This document shows positions 1 to 9,676 of a DNA stretch of 64,000 bases, one piece after another (the first letter of the stretch is position 1; each line of letters begins with the position of its first letter). A program made the translations under genes and the position numbers. Origin of the DNA: Candidatus Gastranaerophilales bacterium (lineage in GTDB: Bacteria; Cyanobacteriota; Vampirovibrionia; Gastranaerophilales; JAILCC01). The stretch lies in contig JAQVHS010000005.1 in NCBI GenBank assembly GCA_028696075.1, forward strand, positions 6,656-70,655, in the 5' to 3' direction. A model generated the notes under the pieces. The model was given only the letters and a program-made list of their open reading frames with translations, was not told the origin of the DNA and ran no database searches.

Positions 1-225
1 CTGTTTGCATTAGACGTGTTTGAGTTATTTGAATAATTTCTAATCATAGAATTTCATATCCCTAATAAAACTGACATTTAATATATCGGCAAGAATTCAA
101 AATTCTTTAACGATTTATCCCATAATTCCGTTAATTATTAACAAAAATTTACAATGTGGGTCTGGCATGAAAAATATTCTATACTCAAATTAATATAAAG
201 AGGCAATGTAATCGAGGGAAAGAAT

Positions 226-945
226 ATGAAAATAAGAACAGGATTTTGGATATTAATACTAATATTAACCACAACTTTAATACAAACAGGCAGCAGTGTT
301 ATGTCGGCGCCCGGTTCGTCAGGACCTGTAAAAATAGAAGTTTCATCAAGAAGAATACCTGAAGGCACTGTTGTTCCTTTGAAAATGGAATCAACCGTAA
401 GTTCAATAACATCAAGTGTAGGCGACCAGTTTAACGCTTCAATTACCGAAGATATTATTCTCGGCGATAATATTATTTTACCGGCAGGAAGTATGATCAG
501 AGGTACCGTAGGAAAAGTAAAAAAAGCTAACTTACTTGTTAAAGGTGCAAGAATTTTGTTATTTTTCGACCATATCGTAACGCCTGTAGGCAAACAAGTT
601 CCTCTTTATGCCTACATTACGGATAATCCTAACGTAAACTACGAAGGTGATATTGTTTCCCCTACTTCTTACGGCAAAGAATTCAAAAAAGATGCCTCTA
701 AGAGCAAAGCTATAATAGTAAATTCTACAAAATGGGGAGTAGATACAGGGCTTGAACACCTTGCAGGAGTGCCTGTTGTTCTAACCGCACCTGTCGGCGC
801 TATCGGCGGTTCATTGGGCGGCAGCGGATTTTTGGTAGGCAAATCCATCTATAATATATTTAAAAAAGGCGGAGATATTGTAATTAACCCCGGGCAGATT
901 ATTCATATAAAAACAGCACAGCCTTTGGACATTCCTGTTAATTAA
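226..945 (+). CDS. exported hypothetical protein (239 aa)
   Basis: GAGGGA RBS just upstream of ATG. N-terminal hydrophobic signal-like segment MKIRTGFWILILILTTTLIQTG. No family recognised with confidence. Confidence 0.5.
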   Translation: MKIRTGFWILILILTTTLIQTGSSVMSAPGSSGPVKIEVSSRRIPEGTVVPLKMESTVSSITSSVGDQFNASITEDIILGDNIILPAGSMIRGTVGKVKKANLLVKGARILLFFDHIVTPVGKQVPLYAYITDNPNVNYEGDIVSPTSYGKEFKKDASKSKAIIVNSTKWGVDTGLEHLAGVPVVLTAPVGAIGGSLGGSGFLVGKSIYNIFKKGGDIVINPGQIIHIKTAQPLDIPVN

Positions 946-2350
946 CAATATTTTTCAAAAAATTTAACGCGTCTTTTTTTGAAAGAACTTCACCGCAAGC
1001 CTGCGCTTCCTGAAGTTCTTTTATTATCCGACCCAGTTCTTTGCCTCTTGGAATATTCAAAAATTCCGCTATTTCATTTCCATCCAGAAGCTTTGGCAAG
1101 GGTTCTTTAGTTTGGGCAAACGCCTTATACTGATTTAAAAATATTGTCAAGGCATTAAAATTATCTTCTGAAATTTGCTTTGTAATCTCAGGACCAAGAG
1201 CAGAAAATCTGTCTGCCATAGCCAAAATTATGACATCTATTGTTTCATTATCAAGCTTTCTAAACATCCTGTTTATTGCTTTTTGAGAAGCAGCTTCCTC
1301 GCTTCTTGTCAGCTGCGAGGGGTAAATATGATATCTAACAAGCTTCGTTACATAAGCTGTTTGAGCCTTGCTGAATTTTAACTGTTTTAAAACGGGCTTT
1401 AAAAGCATAGCGCCGACTTCATCATGGTTTATAAAGCGGTGTCTGCCGTTTTCTTCGATTGTCCAGGTTTCCCTTTTACCAATGTCATGCAAAAGACAGG
1501 CAACTTTAAACAGAGAAGAAACTTTCAGCGCATGGTTAAAATTCTCATCAAAACGGGCGGAAACCCATTCAGGCATTTCTTCAATCAAATACTCTGCCTG
1601 CCTTAAGGTTTCCATGGAATGGTGAATTAAATCCAAGTGGTGATGGCTGTTAGGCGGAATTCCTTCCTCTATTTCCAAAATCGGCAAAATCTTATATAGC
1701 AAACCGATATCATACATAAATTCAACATACTTTGCGCTGTTTTTAGCTTCCAAAAGTTTCAAAAACTCCGCCAGTATTCTCTCTTTTGACACACTATCAA
1801 TCAAATCCAAATGCTTTTTTGCATACTTAAGCGTTTCAGGGTCAATTTTAAAGCCAAGCTGAACAGCAAAACGAAATACCCTCAGAATTCTAAGCGGGTC
1901 ATCTATAATATTTTGCTCTGATATAACCTTTATTTTTTTATCATGAAAATCTTCAATCCCCTTGTTAATATCATAAAGTTTAACGGAAGGGAAAATCTCA
2001 AGTGCTATAGAATTAACCGTCAAGTCCCTTCGCTTTAAATCCTTCTCAATATCATCTCCCAGACACCTTGCAAAATCAAAATAATGAAGTTTATCATCTG
2101 CAACAACCCTTGCTATTTCATAATCCTTATCAAGCAAAACAAAACTCCCGCCTATTTTTTGGGCAAATTTTTCAGCAAGTTCAAGTGCATTTTGGCCCTG
2201 AACTATAAAATCCATGTCAAAACTTTCTTTAGCGCAGAGTTTATCACGCAAAAAGCCTCCCGCTAAAAATAATTTAGCTTCTTTACCGGCTAAGCATGCT
2301 AAAACCTTTACAGGCTCTAAATCTAATATGTCATCATAGTTCATATTCAT
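938..2350 (-). CDS. cca: CCA-adding enzyme / poly(A) polymerase-family tRNA nucleotidyltransferase with HD-type C-terminal region
   Basis: N-terminal GGFLRDKL..DMDF nucleotidyltransferase signature, RILRVFRF motif, LLHDIGK HD-like motif, 470 aa. Confidence 0.8.
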   Translation of the reverse strand: MNMNYDDILDLEPVKVLACLAGKEAKLFLAGGFLRDKLCAKESFDMDFIVQGQNALELAEKFAQKIGGSFVLLDKDYEIARVVADDKLHYFDFARCLGDDIEKDLKRRDLTVNSIALEIFPSVKLYDINKGIEDFHDKKIKVISEQNIIDDPLRILRVFRFAVQLGFKIDPETLKYAKKHLDLIDSVSKERILAEFLKLLEAKNSAKYVEFMYDIGLLYKILPILEIEEGIPPNSHHHLDLIHHSMETLRQAEYLIEEMPEWVSARFDENFNHALKVSSLFKVACLLHDIGKRETWTIEENGRHRFINHDEVGAMLLKPVLKQLKFSKAQTAYVTKLVRYHIYPSQLTRSEEAASQKAINRMFRKLDNETIDVIILAMADRFSALGPEITKQISEDNFNALTIFLNQYKAFAQTKEPLPKLLDGNEIAEFLNIPRGKELGRIIKELQEAQACGEVLSKKDALNFLKNIVN

Positions 2351-3071
2351 AAATCACACTCGCTATTGCAGCAATAGAAGCTGTTTCGGCACGATAAATC
2401 AAATTCGACAGACTGACTCGTTCCATGCCCGCCTGTTTAAAAAATTCCGTTTCAATATCTTCAAACCCGCCTTCAGGACCTATTATAACCAAAACCCTGC
2501 GTGCTTTGGGGTACTTTTGCATGGCGGTTTTGATGGAATTATCGCTTGAGCGCTCGACACATGCCAGACATACGTCGTAATCTTTCGCCAAGCATGCCAA
2601 CTCCTCAAACGACGGCAAAAAATGCACTGCCATCTTGTCCGCTCTTTCGCACTGTTTGCAGGATTCTTCGACAATTCTCTTCCACTTTGAAATCTTAGAT
2701 AATATATCTTTGCCCGTTAACTTCGCTACACTTCTTTTAGCCGGCATGGTAAAGAAATTTCTCACCCCGAGCTCTGTCATCTTTTGAACAACCAAATCTT
2801 GCGCCGTCGATTTTAAAAGGCTTTGCGCCAAATCCACCTGAACGGAAAGCTTTTTATTTGAAGCATGCTTATCTATAACTTTAGTTGTAATAAGAGTAGG
2901 GGAAATTTCTAAAATTCTTGTTTGATAAACAATCTCATGCTCATCAATCAAAAGAATTTCATCATTTTCCTTTAATCTCAATACGTTTAAAATATGCTTA
3001 ATATCTGATTTTTCAGAAATCTTAGCAATGTCATTATCTATATTTATTGAGTTTAAATAGAATTGAGGCAT
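2334..3071 (-). CDS. rsmE: 16S rRNA (uracil1498-N3)-methyltransferase RsmE
   Basis: 245 aa. C-terminal GPEGGF..E and RAETA motifs typical of the RsmE family. Overlaps cca start by 17 nt (operon). Confidence 0.8.
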   Translation of the reverse strand: MPQFYLNSINIDNDIAKISEKSDIKHILNVLRLKENDEILLIDEHEIVYQTRILEISPTLITTKVIDKHASNKKLSVQVDLAQSLLKSTAQDLVVQKMTELGVRNFFTMPAKRSVAKLTGKDILSKISKWKRIVEESCKQCERADKMAVHFLPSFEELACLAKDYDVCLACVERSSDNSIKTAMQKYPKARRVLVIIGPEGGFEDIETEFFKQAGMERVSLSNLIYRAETASIAAIASVIYEYEL

Positions 3072-3266
3072 TTATTTTCCTTTATTATTAATGATTTAAG
3101 CTAAAATAATATCCTAAAGCGGTTGTGTCGACCGAATTTTAGGGCTATTTTGAAAATCAGTTCTACATCAAACAGAGGATATTCAAAAAAAACGTTAAAG
3201 CAGCTGAAATCATCTAATACTTTAGTTGTAGAGGTATTTTACCATAAAAACAAGGGTTTTTAAGGT

Positions 3267-3293
3267 TAAAGTTTCAAAAAAAAATGCCGATTA
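3267..3293 (+). promoter_or_regulatory. sigma-28 (FliA)-type promoter: TAAA-N15-GCCGATTA
   Basis: TAAA at 3267-3270, exactly 15 nt spacer, GCCGATTA at 3286-3293, about 65 nt upstream of the flagellin ATG. Matches the TAAA-N15-GCCGATAA consensus. Confidence 0.65.
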
Positions 3294-3357
3294 CTTTTTT
3301 GTGAAGAGAAATCACAGAGACTTTAGAACAGGGTAGAAATACACAAGGAGAGTTATT

Positions 3358-4200
3358 ATGCCACTTTACATTAATTCTAATGTCGCCTCGATGGTTTCAC
3401 AGAGGTACTTATCGAAAAATACGGACGCTTTGGCAAAAACGTATGAAAGATTATCAAGCGGGTACCGAATAAACCATGCAGGAGACGACGCCGCCGGACT
3501 GTCCTTATCAGAGGGGTTAAAAGCCCAGGTAGCAGGAACAGAACAGGCAACCAAAAACATCCAGGACGGTATTAACATGTTGCAAATCGCAGAGGGCGGT
3601 TTTGAGATTATCGCAGACAATTTGCAAAGAATTCGCGAATTATCTGTACAAGCCGCTAACGGAACGTATGCAACAGCAGAAAGACAAGCTATGTTGAACG
3701 AAATTCAACAACGTGTTTTAGAAATCACAAGAATTTCACACACAGCTACTTACAATGGAATATCATTGTTGAGTTCCGAGGCAACAAGCATTATCCTACA
3801 AATCGGTGCAAGTACTGACGAATACTCAACTTTAAATATAAGAGATGCATTTACTACATGTACTGCAACAACTTTGGGTATTTTAATCAACGAGACAGGT
3901 TCAAGCTGGACACCGGACAAAATCCATGAATATATGGATAAGTTAGACAAAGCTATTGGAACGGTAGTACAAAGCAGGTCAATGATTGGCGCTTATCAAA
4001 ACCGTGTAGAAAGTGCTCTTGGGAACTTAACTATAATGTCAGAAAATCTGACTGCAGCTGAATCAAGAATCAGAGATACAGATATAGCCAAGGAAACATC
4101 AACACTTACTAAATATCAAATATTGCAGCAAGCATCGTCAAGTGTATTATCACAGGCGAACCAATTGTCTGCAGTAGCTCTACAGTTACTACAAGGATAG
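3358..4200 (+). CDS. fliC: flagellin
   Basis: Conserved N-terminal INHAGDDAAGLSLSEGL and C-terminal ILQQASSSVLSQANQ..LQLLQG flagellin segments. AAGGAG RBS. Short variable domain (280 aa). Confidence 0.95.
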   Translation: MPLYINSNVASMVSQRYLSKNTDALAKTYERLSSGYRINHAGDDAAGLSLSEGLKAQVAGTEQATKNIQDGINMLQIAEGGFEIIADNLQRIRELSVQAANGTYATAERQAMLNEIQQRVLEITRISHTATYNGISLLSSEATSIILQIGASTDEYSTLNIRDAFTTCTATTLGILINETGSSWTPDKIHEYMDKLDKAIGTVVQSRSMIGAYQNRVESALGNLTIMSENLTAAESRIRDTDIAKETSTLTKYQILQQASSSVLSQANQLSAVALQLLQG

Positions 4201-4258
4201 ATTAGCGTTTTTAAAAATGTTAATCTCCCCTAAAAATTATAATATACTCTCCCTGTAT

Positions 4259-4287
4259 GACCGGCCAATTTGTGCCGGTCTGTTTTT
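4259..4287 (+). terminator. rho-independent terminator after flagellin
   Basis: GACCGGC / GCCGGTC 7-bp stem with 8-nt loop, followed by TGTTTTT. Confidence 0.6.
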
Positions 4288-4294
4288 ATGTTAA

Positions 4295-4951
4295 CTAAAA
4301 CAAGCCCTCAACAAGAACAAATCGTCCCAGCTTAACCACTGTGCAATAATTAGCCAGTGCATCAACAAAACAGCCGTTTTCACAAAATCCGCCCGATAAA
4401 TAAATAACATCAGGTTTTTGCGCAAAATTCCAGGCATTAAACGCAATTCCATGGATATATTTTGCAACAGCAGCGTCAGGTTTTTTTGTTTTCGAGATTT
4501 CATCCATAATTTTTTCCATCCCGAAAACTCCGCATGTTACGGGAAAGCGTTCCTTAACTGCCCGCAGCTCGTCAGAATTAATATTATAAAATTTACATAT
4601 CATCTCAATAGTAGCTCCTGTTGCACTGGCACAGGCGCTATTCCAATCAAGCTCACGATATTTGCCGTTTTCAAATTTTACCCACTTTGTGTCACGGCTG
4701 CCTATGTCTAAAATCGTTCCGTCTTTAAGTTCAGGTACAAGCTTCTTAGTCCCTAACGCCAGAGCTATGATTTCATTCTCAAGCTTTGCCCCCTGTTTAA
4801 GATAATTTTTAGCGCTATGCCCCGCAGCGGCATCAAATTTTATCTGCAAAGCCCCAAGCTCATCTGATGGCAAAATCCTGGTTGTTTTCAGACCATCTTC
4901 GCCAATTTCTATAATTTTACTAAAACTTGTTCCCGCATCAACGTATATCAT
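4295..4951 (-). CDS. BadF/BadG/BcrA/BcrD-type (actin-fold) ATPase, activase-like
   Basis: N-terminal VDAGTSFSK phosphate-1-like motif and DIGSRDTK motif of the acetate/sugar kinase-Hsp70-actin fold. 218 aa. Confidence 0.6.
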   Translation of the reverse strand: MIYVDAGTSFSKIIEIGEDGLKTTRILPSDELGALQIKFDAAAGHSAKNYLKQGAKLENEIIALALGTKKLVPELKDGTILDIGSRDTKWVKFENGKYRELDWNSACASATGATIEMICKFYNINSDELRAVKERFPVTCGVFGMEKIMDEISKTKKPDAAVAKYIHGIAFNAWNFAQKPDVIYLSGGFCENGCFVDALANYCTVVKLGRFVLVEGLF

Positions 4952-4952
4952 T

Positions 4953-5675
4953 TTATCCCAACCTTATAAATGCTTCTATCTTTGCCTTTGCAGAATTATT
5001 AGCCGTATCATCAACATCAATAAATAAGCCGGAATGCTTTTTCGCCAAATATTTTGCTATCTGGTTTTTTGAACAAAAAGTTTGAGAAAAAAACACAGTC
5101 GGCAAATTCTCATCTACCATAAGCTCAAGTTCTTCATCAGCAGGTCGTTTCGCCTCCACACAACGCACCCAGCCGAAAAGATGGGTAGCGTCAGGCAGCA
5201 AATCCAAAAAACTAAAATCATTCGGCGGCACACCCCAAAAACCCATAACAGGCTCACAGTATGTATAAGTTTCAAAATCTTCTTTAATTATATTAGTTGT
5301 AATTCTTGTGATTTTTTCTCTGACAGACAAACCGCTTGTCGAAATGGGCGTTAAAATCTCACCGTCAGCGTAGCTTTCATATTTTGACTCTATTATACTG
5401 AACCCCATATCTTTTAAAATCTTTGCAATATATCTGCCGGAATCACATTTTTCCTTGCCGACAGATGCCACAATACACTCCAGTTTATCTTTAAAGAAAA
5501 TAGCATTATCTAAAATATTGGCAATAATTTTACAGTTAGCTTCCGGGATAACAGCCGATTTTGGCGCACCATATTCCACACATAAATCACAAAATTCATA
5601 TTCATCATGCTTTCGGGTATATTCCTGCATAACTTTTGGATTGGGAAACCCCCAGAAACCTATTAATTTTTTCAT
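4953..5675 (-). CDS. hypothetical protein co-operonic with the activase-like ATPase (possible dehydratase-family partner)
   Basis: 240-aa ORF tightly packed (1-nt gap) upstream of the ATPase gene, with several conserved-looking Cys. Function is a guess from context only. Confidence 0.4.
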   Translation of the reverse strand: MKKLIGFWGFPNPKVMQEYTRKHDEYEFCDLCVEYGAPKSAVIPEANCKIIANILDNAIFFKDKLECIVASVGKEKCDSGRYIAKILKDMGFSIIESKYESYADGEILTPISTSGLSVREKITRITTNIIKEDFETYTYCEPVMGFWGVPPNDFSFLDLLPDATHLFGWVRCVEAKRPADEELELMVDENLPTVFFSQTFCSKNQIAKYLAKKHSGLFIDVDDTANNSAKAKIEAFIRLG

Positions 5676-5875
5676 TTTTCTTCCGAATTTTTATAAAATC
5701 TGAACAACCAAAATGCCATAAACCCTATCGCATAAATAATAATTTTTTCGATATAAAGAACCGTCTTGGAGGGATTAATGTGCAAAAAGGCTAAAATATC
5801 CTGCAAAAACAAGCCTGTTATCAAAAAAACAGAGCCTATAATTAAAAGTAAACTAAATAAAAATGTTCTTTTCAT
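5672..5875 (-). CDS. small membrane protein (67 aa, 2 TM)
   Basis: Two hydrophobic helices. 4-nt overlap with the downstream gene suggests translational coupling. Confidence 0.4.
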   Translation of the reverse strand: MKRTFLFSLLLIIGSVFLITGLFLQDILAFLHINPSKTVLYIEKIIIYAIGFMAFWLFRFYKNSEEK

Positions 5876-5972
5876 ATAAGTTAAAAATCCTGACTTTGTA
5901 AAACTATTTGCAACATCGACAATTTAAAAGGTATAATTAATTAAGTAGTTATAGGAAGAGTATACTCAAAAA

Positions 5973-7241
5973 ATGAATTTAAAGGAAATACTTTTAGAAT
6001 TACCTGACGTTTTAAATGCACAGCTTGAACCGCAAGAAGCCTTGCATTTAATCCAAAATAAAATAAAAGCCCGTTTAAATGCCGATTTCGCAATGATTGC
6101 ATACCTTAGCAGCAACGGCATAGATATTAAAGATATTTCGGATTTTGACAATACTAAAATAGAATTCCATTATAACAACATTGCGGGGTTTGCGCTGCAA
6201 ACTTTTTTGAAAAATAAAAAAACAACTCAAATAACCGGTGAAAAAGGCAAAAATACTATACTTAACGAACTTGGTATTAAAATAAAAAAAAGTTATTCGC
6301 TGCTGATTTTGCCTCTGAATATCAAAGAAGCCGTTTTCGGTGTGATATTTTGCGTAAGGTTCAACAATAAAAAACCGTTTTCGGAAGAGGAGATTATTGT
6401 AGCACAGGCACTAAGTTCCATAGGCTCTTATATAGTAAAAGACGCTGAATTAAGCAATGTATTTAAACTGCAGTTAAAAATGCTTAATGAAAACGTAATA
6501 GAAAAAACTCATGCAATTGAAAATGTTCGGGAAGAAAATGACAAAATACGTGAAGCCGACAAAATAAAAAGCGAATTTTTAGCTAATATGTCGCATGCTC
6601 TTCGCACCCCGTTAAATGCTATTATAAGCTTTTCAGAAGCGCTTGATATGGAAATATTCGGAAACTTAAATGCCAAACAGCAAGATTATGTACTGGAAAT
6701 CCAAAACAGCGGCAAAGAAATGCTGGCATTGGTTAATGACTTGCTTGATATGTCCAAGATTAAAGCCAAAGCAATGAAAATAATTAAATTAAAGTTTGAT
6801 GCTAAACGCTCTATTTTAGAGGTTATAAACGTGGTAAACAGCCTTGCTTTGAAAAAAGAAATAACAATTTTTACAAAATTACCGGCAGCAAAAATAGAAG
6901 TAACCGCCGATGAACAAAAATTTGACCAGATTATGTATAACCTGCTAAGCAATGCCATTAAATTTACCGACAAGAAAGGTAAAATTGAAGTAGGTATCAA
7001 AAAAAGCAAAAACAAAATCCTATTCTATGTCAAAGATAACGGCATAGGCATAGATGAAAAATATCACGGCAAAATTTTCGGAAAATTTGAACAGGTAGAC
7101 AGCTCCTACAGCTCCAAATACTCTTCTACGGGATTAGGGCTTACTATTACAAAAGAGCTTGTTGAAATGCACGGCGGCAAAATATGGCTCGAAAGCCGTC
7201 TTAATAACGGTACAACTTTTTGGTTTGAATTACCCGCATAA
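5973..7241 (+). CDS. sensor histidine kinase (GAF-like N-terminus, HisKA + HATPase_c)
   Basis: H-box FLANMSHALRTPLNAI. N box LLSNAIKFT. G boxes DNGIGI and GLGLTI. No adjacent response regulator. Confidence 0.9.
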   Translation: MNLKEILLELPDVLNAQLEPQEALHLIQNKIKARLNADFAMIAYLSSNGIDIKDISDFDNTKIEFHYNNIAGFALQTFLKNKKTTQITGEKGKNTILNELGIKIKKSYSLLILPLNIKEAVFGVIFCVRFNNKKPFSEEEIIVAQALSSIGSYIVKDAELSNVFKLQLKMLNENVIEKTHAIENVREENDKIREADKIKSEFLANMSHALRTPLNAIISFSEALDMEIFGNLNAKQQDYVLEIQNSGKEMLALVNDLLDMSKIKAKAMKIIKLKFDAKRSILEVINVVNSLALKKEITIFTKLPAAKIEVTADEQKFDQIMYNLLSNAIKFTDKKGKIEVGIKKSKNKILFYVKDNGIGIDEKYHGKIFGKFEQVDSSYSSKYSSTGLGLTITKELVEMHGGKIWLESRLNNGTTFWFELPA

Positions 7242-7270
7242 CTCGGTTTAAGCGGAGGCTGAGGACAGAT

Positions 7271-7296
7271 GAAGAGCTTAGGGATTAGCTCTTTTA
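7271..7296 (+). terminator. possible terminator after the histidine kinase gene
   Basis: GAAGAGCT / AGCTCTT stem with 8-nt loop, then TTTAAT. The T-run is weak. Confidence 0.4.
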
Positions 7297-7394
7297 ATCA
7301 TATTGAGTGAAGCAATTCGGTCTGCAATTTTATGTAAAGAAATCTAAAGTTTTTAAAAATTGTGCAATTTTTGCATGATTTTGAAAATTTGCAA

Positions 7395-7420
7395 TAAAAA
7401 ATCCCGATTTTTTGTCGGGA
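7395..7420 (-). terminator. possible rho-independent terminator (minus strand)
   Basis: TCCCGA / TCGGGA stem. On the minus strand it is followed by a TTTTTT run. Lies downstream of the 7548-7907 minus-strand ORF. Confidence 0.45.
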
Positions 7421-7547
7421 AGAAGAGATCATGAGGCAGATAAATTCTTATATAAAATAAGAATTACTATGTTTATTCTACAACGATTTTACCTAATTGA
7501 AATTAGCCTCAAGAATATAAAATATTATTCTTAAGAACTAGTAAAAA

Positions 7548-7907
7548 TTAACGATTTAACTTGGGAAGAAAAAACACAACAAATTTTCTTATCACGTCAA
7601 AAAGCAAAATCGTTTTTTTAAATTTTCCAAACGGCAAAATCGTGAGGGCAAGAGCCTTTAGCGGCTCAACAAAAAACAAAGCCCAACGTTTTTTCTTGTT
7701 GTATATAATTATTCTGGATATAACAGCCTTAATATTTCTGCATTTATTTTGAAAGGCACGAAGTTTTCTTTTAATATTTTTTCGTTCTAAGGCAATTTTA
7801 TACGTACAGGCTGATATTTTTTGGCTTAAAGAATAGAAATAAATCATAAGCAGCGATGTGATACTTACTAAAAGAAAAAAACTTAAAACAACCAAAAAGA
7901 TTTCCAT
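7548..7907 (-). CDS. hypothetical membrane-anchored basic protein (119 aa)
   Basis: N-terminal TM helix and lysine/arginine-rich remainder. No homology recognised. Confidence 0.35.
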   Translation of the reverse strand: MEIFLVVLSFFLLVSITSLLMIYFYSLSQKISACTYKIALERKNIKRKLRAFQNKCRNIKAVISRIIIYNKKKRWALFFVEPLKALALTILPFGKFKKTILLFDVIRKFVVFFLPKLNR

Positions 7908-7976
7908 ACAACCTTATACTATGCTAACTTGTTTCTGTGTTCTATAATTATATAGTAGAAATTAAGATAATACCAC

Positions 7977-9323
7977 ATGAATAAAGATATAATAGCTGTA
8001 AACGCTGCTAAATTAACAAGCCTGATATTAAAAGTACTGCATTTCGGTGCAGCAACAAGCATGCCCGGAATTATCGCAAGCAGTATTTCGCCCAAAATCC
8101 TGTCCCGTCTTGTTAACCAAACAAAAAAAGAAATCATCGCCATAACGGGCACAAACGGCAAAACGACAAGCGCAAACTTTTTATCAGCTATCTTGCAAAA
8201 AGACAACCGTAGAGTCGCCCATAATAAAAAAGGTGCAAATATGCTGACAGGTGTAACAGCAGCCGTAGTGGAATGCGCCGATATAAAAGCCCGCCTGAAT
8301 GCTGACAACTGTATTTTAGAATGCGACGAAGCCTATTTGCAAAAATTCGCCGACTATTTTTTAGCCGATTATCTTATTGTAACAAACCTGTTTCGCGACC
8401 AATTAGACCGATACGGTGAACTTGATACAACAGCTAAGATGATAAAAAAAGCCGTAGATAAATTTCAAAAGAATGACAAATTCACAACGGTCTTAAACGC
8501 CGACGACCCTACTATTCTTTCTCTTGCAGGCGCAAACAGCATTTACTTCGGATTTGACGATATAGAATATGAGAAGCCCGACGAAAATATCAGCGCCAAT
8601 GCAGAAGCGGCAACCTGCAAATGCGGCAAAGACATCAAATACACAAAAATTTACTACGGGCATATAGGTCACTATTACTGCGATTGCGGGCTTGCCAGAC
8701 CAAAAACCTTTGTTTCAGCAAAAGCAAAAATATTAGTCGACCATTCTATTATAAAAATTTATTCGGAAGAATACGGCTATGACTTTGAAGTAAGCGTAAA
8801 CCTTCCGGGTGTATATAACGCTTATAATGCTTTAAGCGCTATAGTCCTGTCTTTAAAGTTAGGTATCAAACCTGAAATAATCTCGCAAGCGTTTGAAAAT
8901 TATCAAACGGTTTTTGGCAGAGCGGAAAAAAGAATTATCAACGGCAAAAATGTACTTGTCCAGCTTATAAAAAACCCCGCCGGCACAAGCGAAGTACTCA
9001 GAACCGTTAAAGATGACCCGAAAAGCAAAATTTTAATCATAATTAACGATGACTATGCTGATGGTCGTGATGTATCCTGGCTTTGGGATGCAAATTTTGA
9101 ACTGATAAATTCGAATCAAAAACAAATTATCACAAGCGGTATTCGCTATGCTGATATGGCTGTCAGGCTAAAATATGCAGGAATACCCGCCGAAAATATA
9201 GTTATGAAATCTAATATCAAACAGGCAATAGATTATGCACTAAAAGAAACCATGCCTGATGAAAAACTGTATATTCTGCCGACTTATACAGCGTTATTAA
9301 AAATGCAAAAAATACTAAAATAG
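7977..9323 (+). CDS. murT: Mur-ligase-family lipid II isoglutaminyl synthase subunit MurT-like
   Basis: TGTNGKTT P-loop. Internal Cys4 ribbon CKCG..x17..CDCG characteristic of MurT. DUF1727-like C-terminus. No GatD partner adjacent. Confidence 0.75.
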   Translation: MNKDIIAVNAAKLTSLILKVLHFGAATSMPGIIASSISPKILSRLVNQTKKEIIAITGTNGKTTSANFLSAILQKDNRRVAHNKKGANMLTGVTAAVVECADIKARLNADNCILECDEAYLQKFADYFLADYLIVTNLFRDQLDRYGELDTTAKMIKKAVDKFQKNDKFTTVLNADDPTILSLAGANSIYFGFDDIEYEKPDENISANAEAATCKCGKDIKYTKIYYGHIGHYYCDCGLARPKTFVSAKAKILVDHSIIKIYSEEYGYDFEVSVNLPGVYNAYNALSAIVLSLKLGIKPEIISQAFENYQTVFGRAEKRIINGKNVLVQLIKNPAGTSEVLRTVKDDPKSKILIIINDDYADGRDVSWLWDANFELINSNQKQIITSGIRYADMAVRLKYAGIPAENIVMKSNIKQAIDYALKETMPDEKLYILPTYTALLKMQKILK

Positions 9324-9566
9324 AACTGATAGGCTGCAAATAGGCGAACAGGCGAATTTGTTAGCATTGTGCCAAAAGTCAGGACTCAATATGACAAAGG
9401 CTTTTACGGCTGTGTTTGTTCCGATTGATTTATCATCTTTCCATCGTTTTTCAAGCCAATTGGGTTCTTTTGCTTGTTTTTTAGCTAATTCTTCATTTGT
9501 CACTTCTCCCGCGACATAAGGTACTAATACATCTGCAATTCTCGGTACAGACATGTTTCTTTCCAT
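9315..9566 (-). CDS. hypothetical protein (83 aa), doubtful
   Basis: ORF only. Convergent 9-nt overlap with murT. No recognisable motif. Confidence 0.25.
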   Translation of the reverse strand: MERNMSVPRIADVLVPYVAGEVTNEELAKKQAKEPNWLEKRWKDDKSIGTNTAVKAFVILSPDFWHNANKFACSPICSLSVLF

Positions 9567-9676
9567 ATATAAGGATTTATATTAGAATACACACAATCTG
9601 TTAAAAATTATTGCGTTTCGTAAACAAATATGTATCAAACTAACACAAAATCTTAAAAAAATGGTTTAATATATCC

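Noticed and set aside
7919-8308. 129-aa minus-strand ORF, and many similar antisense ORFs inside long genes (e.g. 138-593, 6686-7015, 10240-10599, 24033-24458, 26474-26905, 39016-39420, 50274-50765)
   Set aside because: Each is embedded antisense in a confidently identified or much longer CDS. Such ORFs are typical of AT-rich sequence with few stops in some frames, and none has supporting signals.
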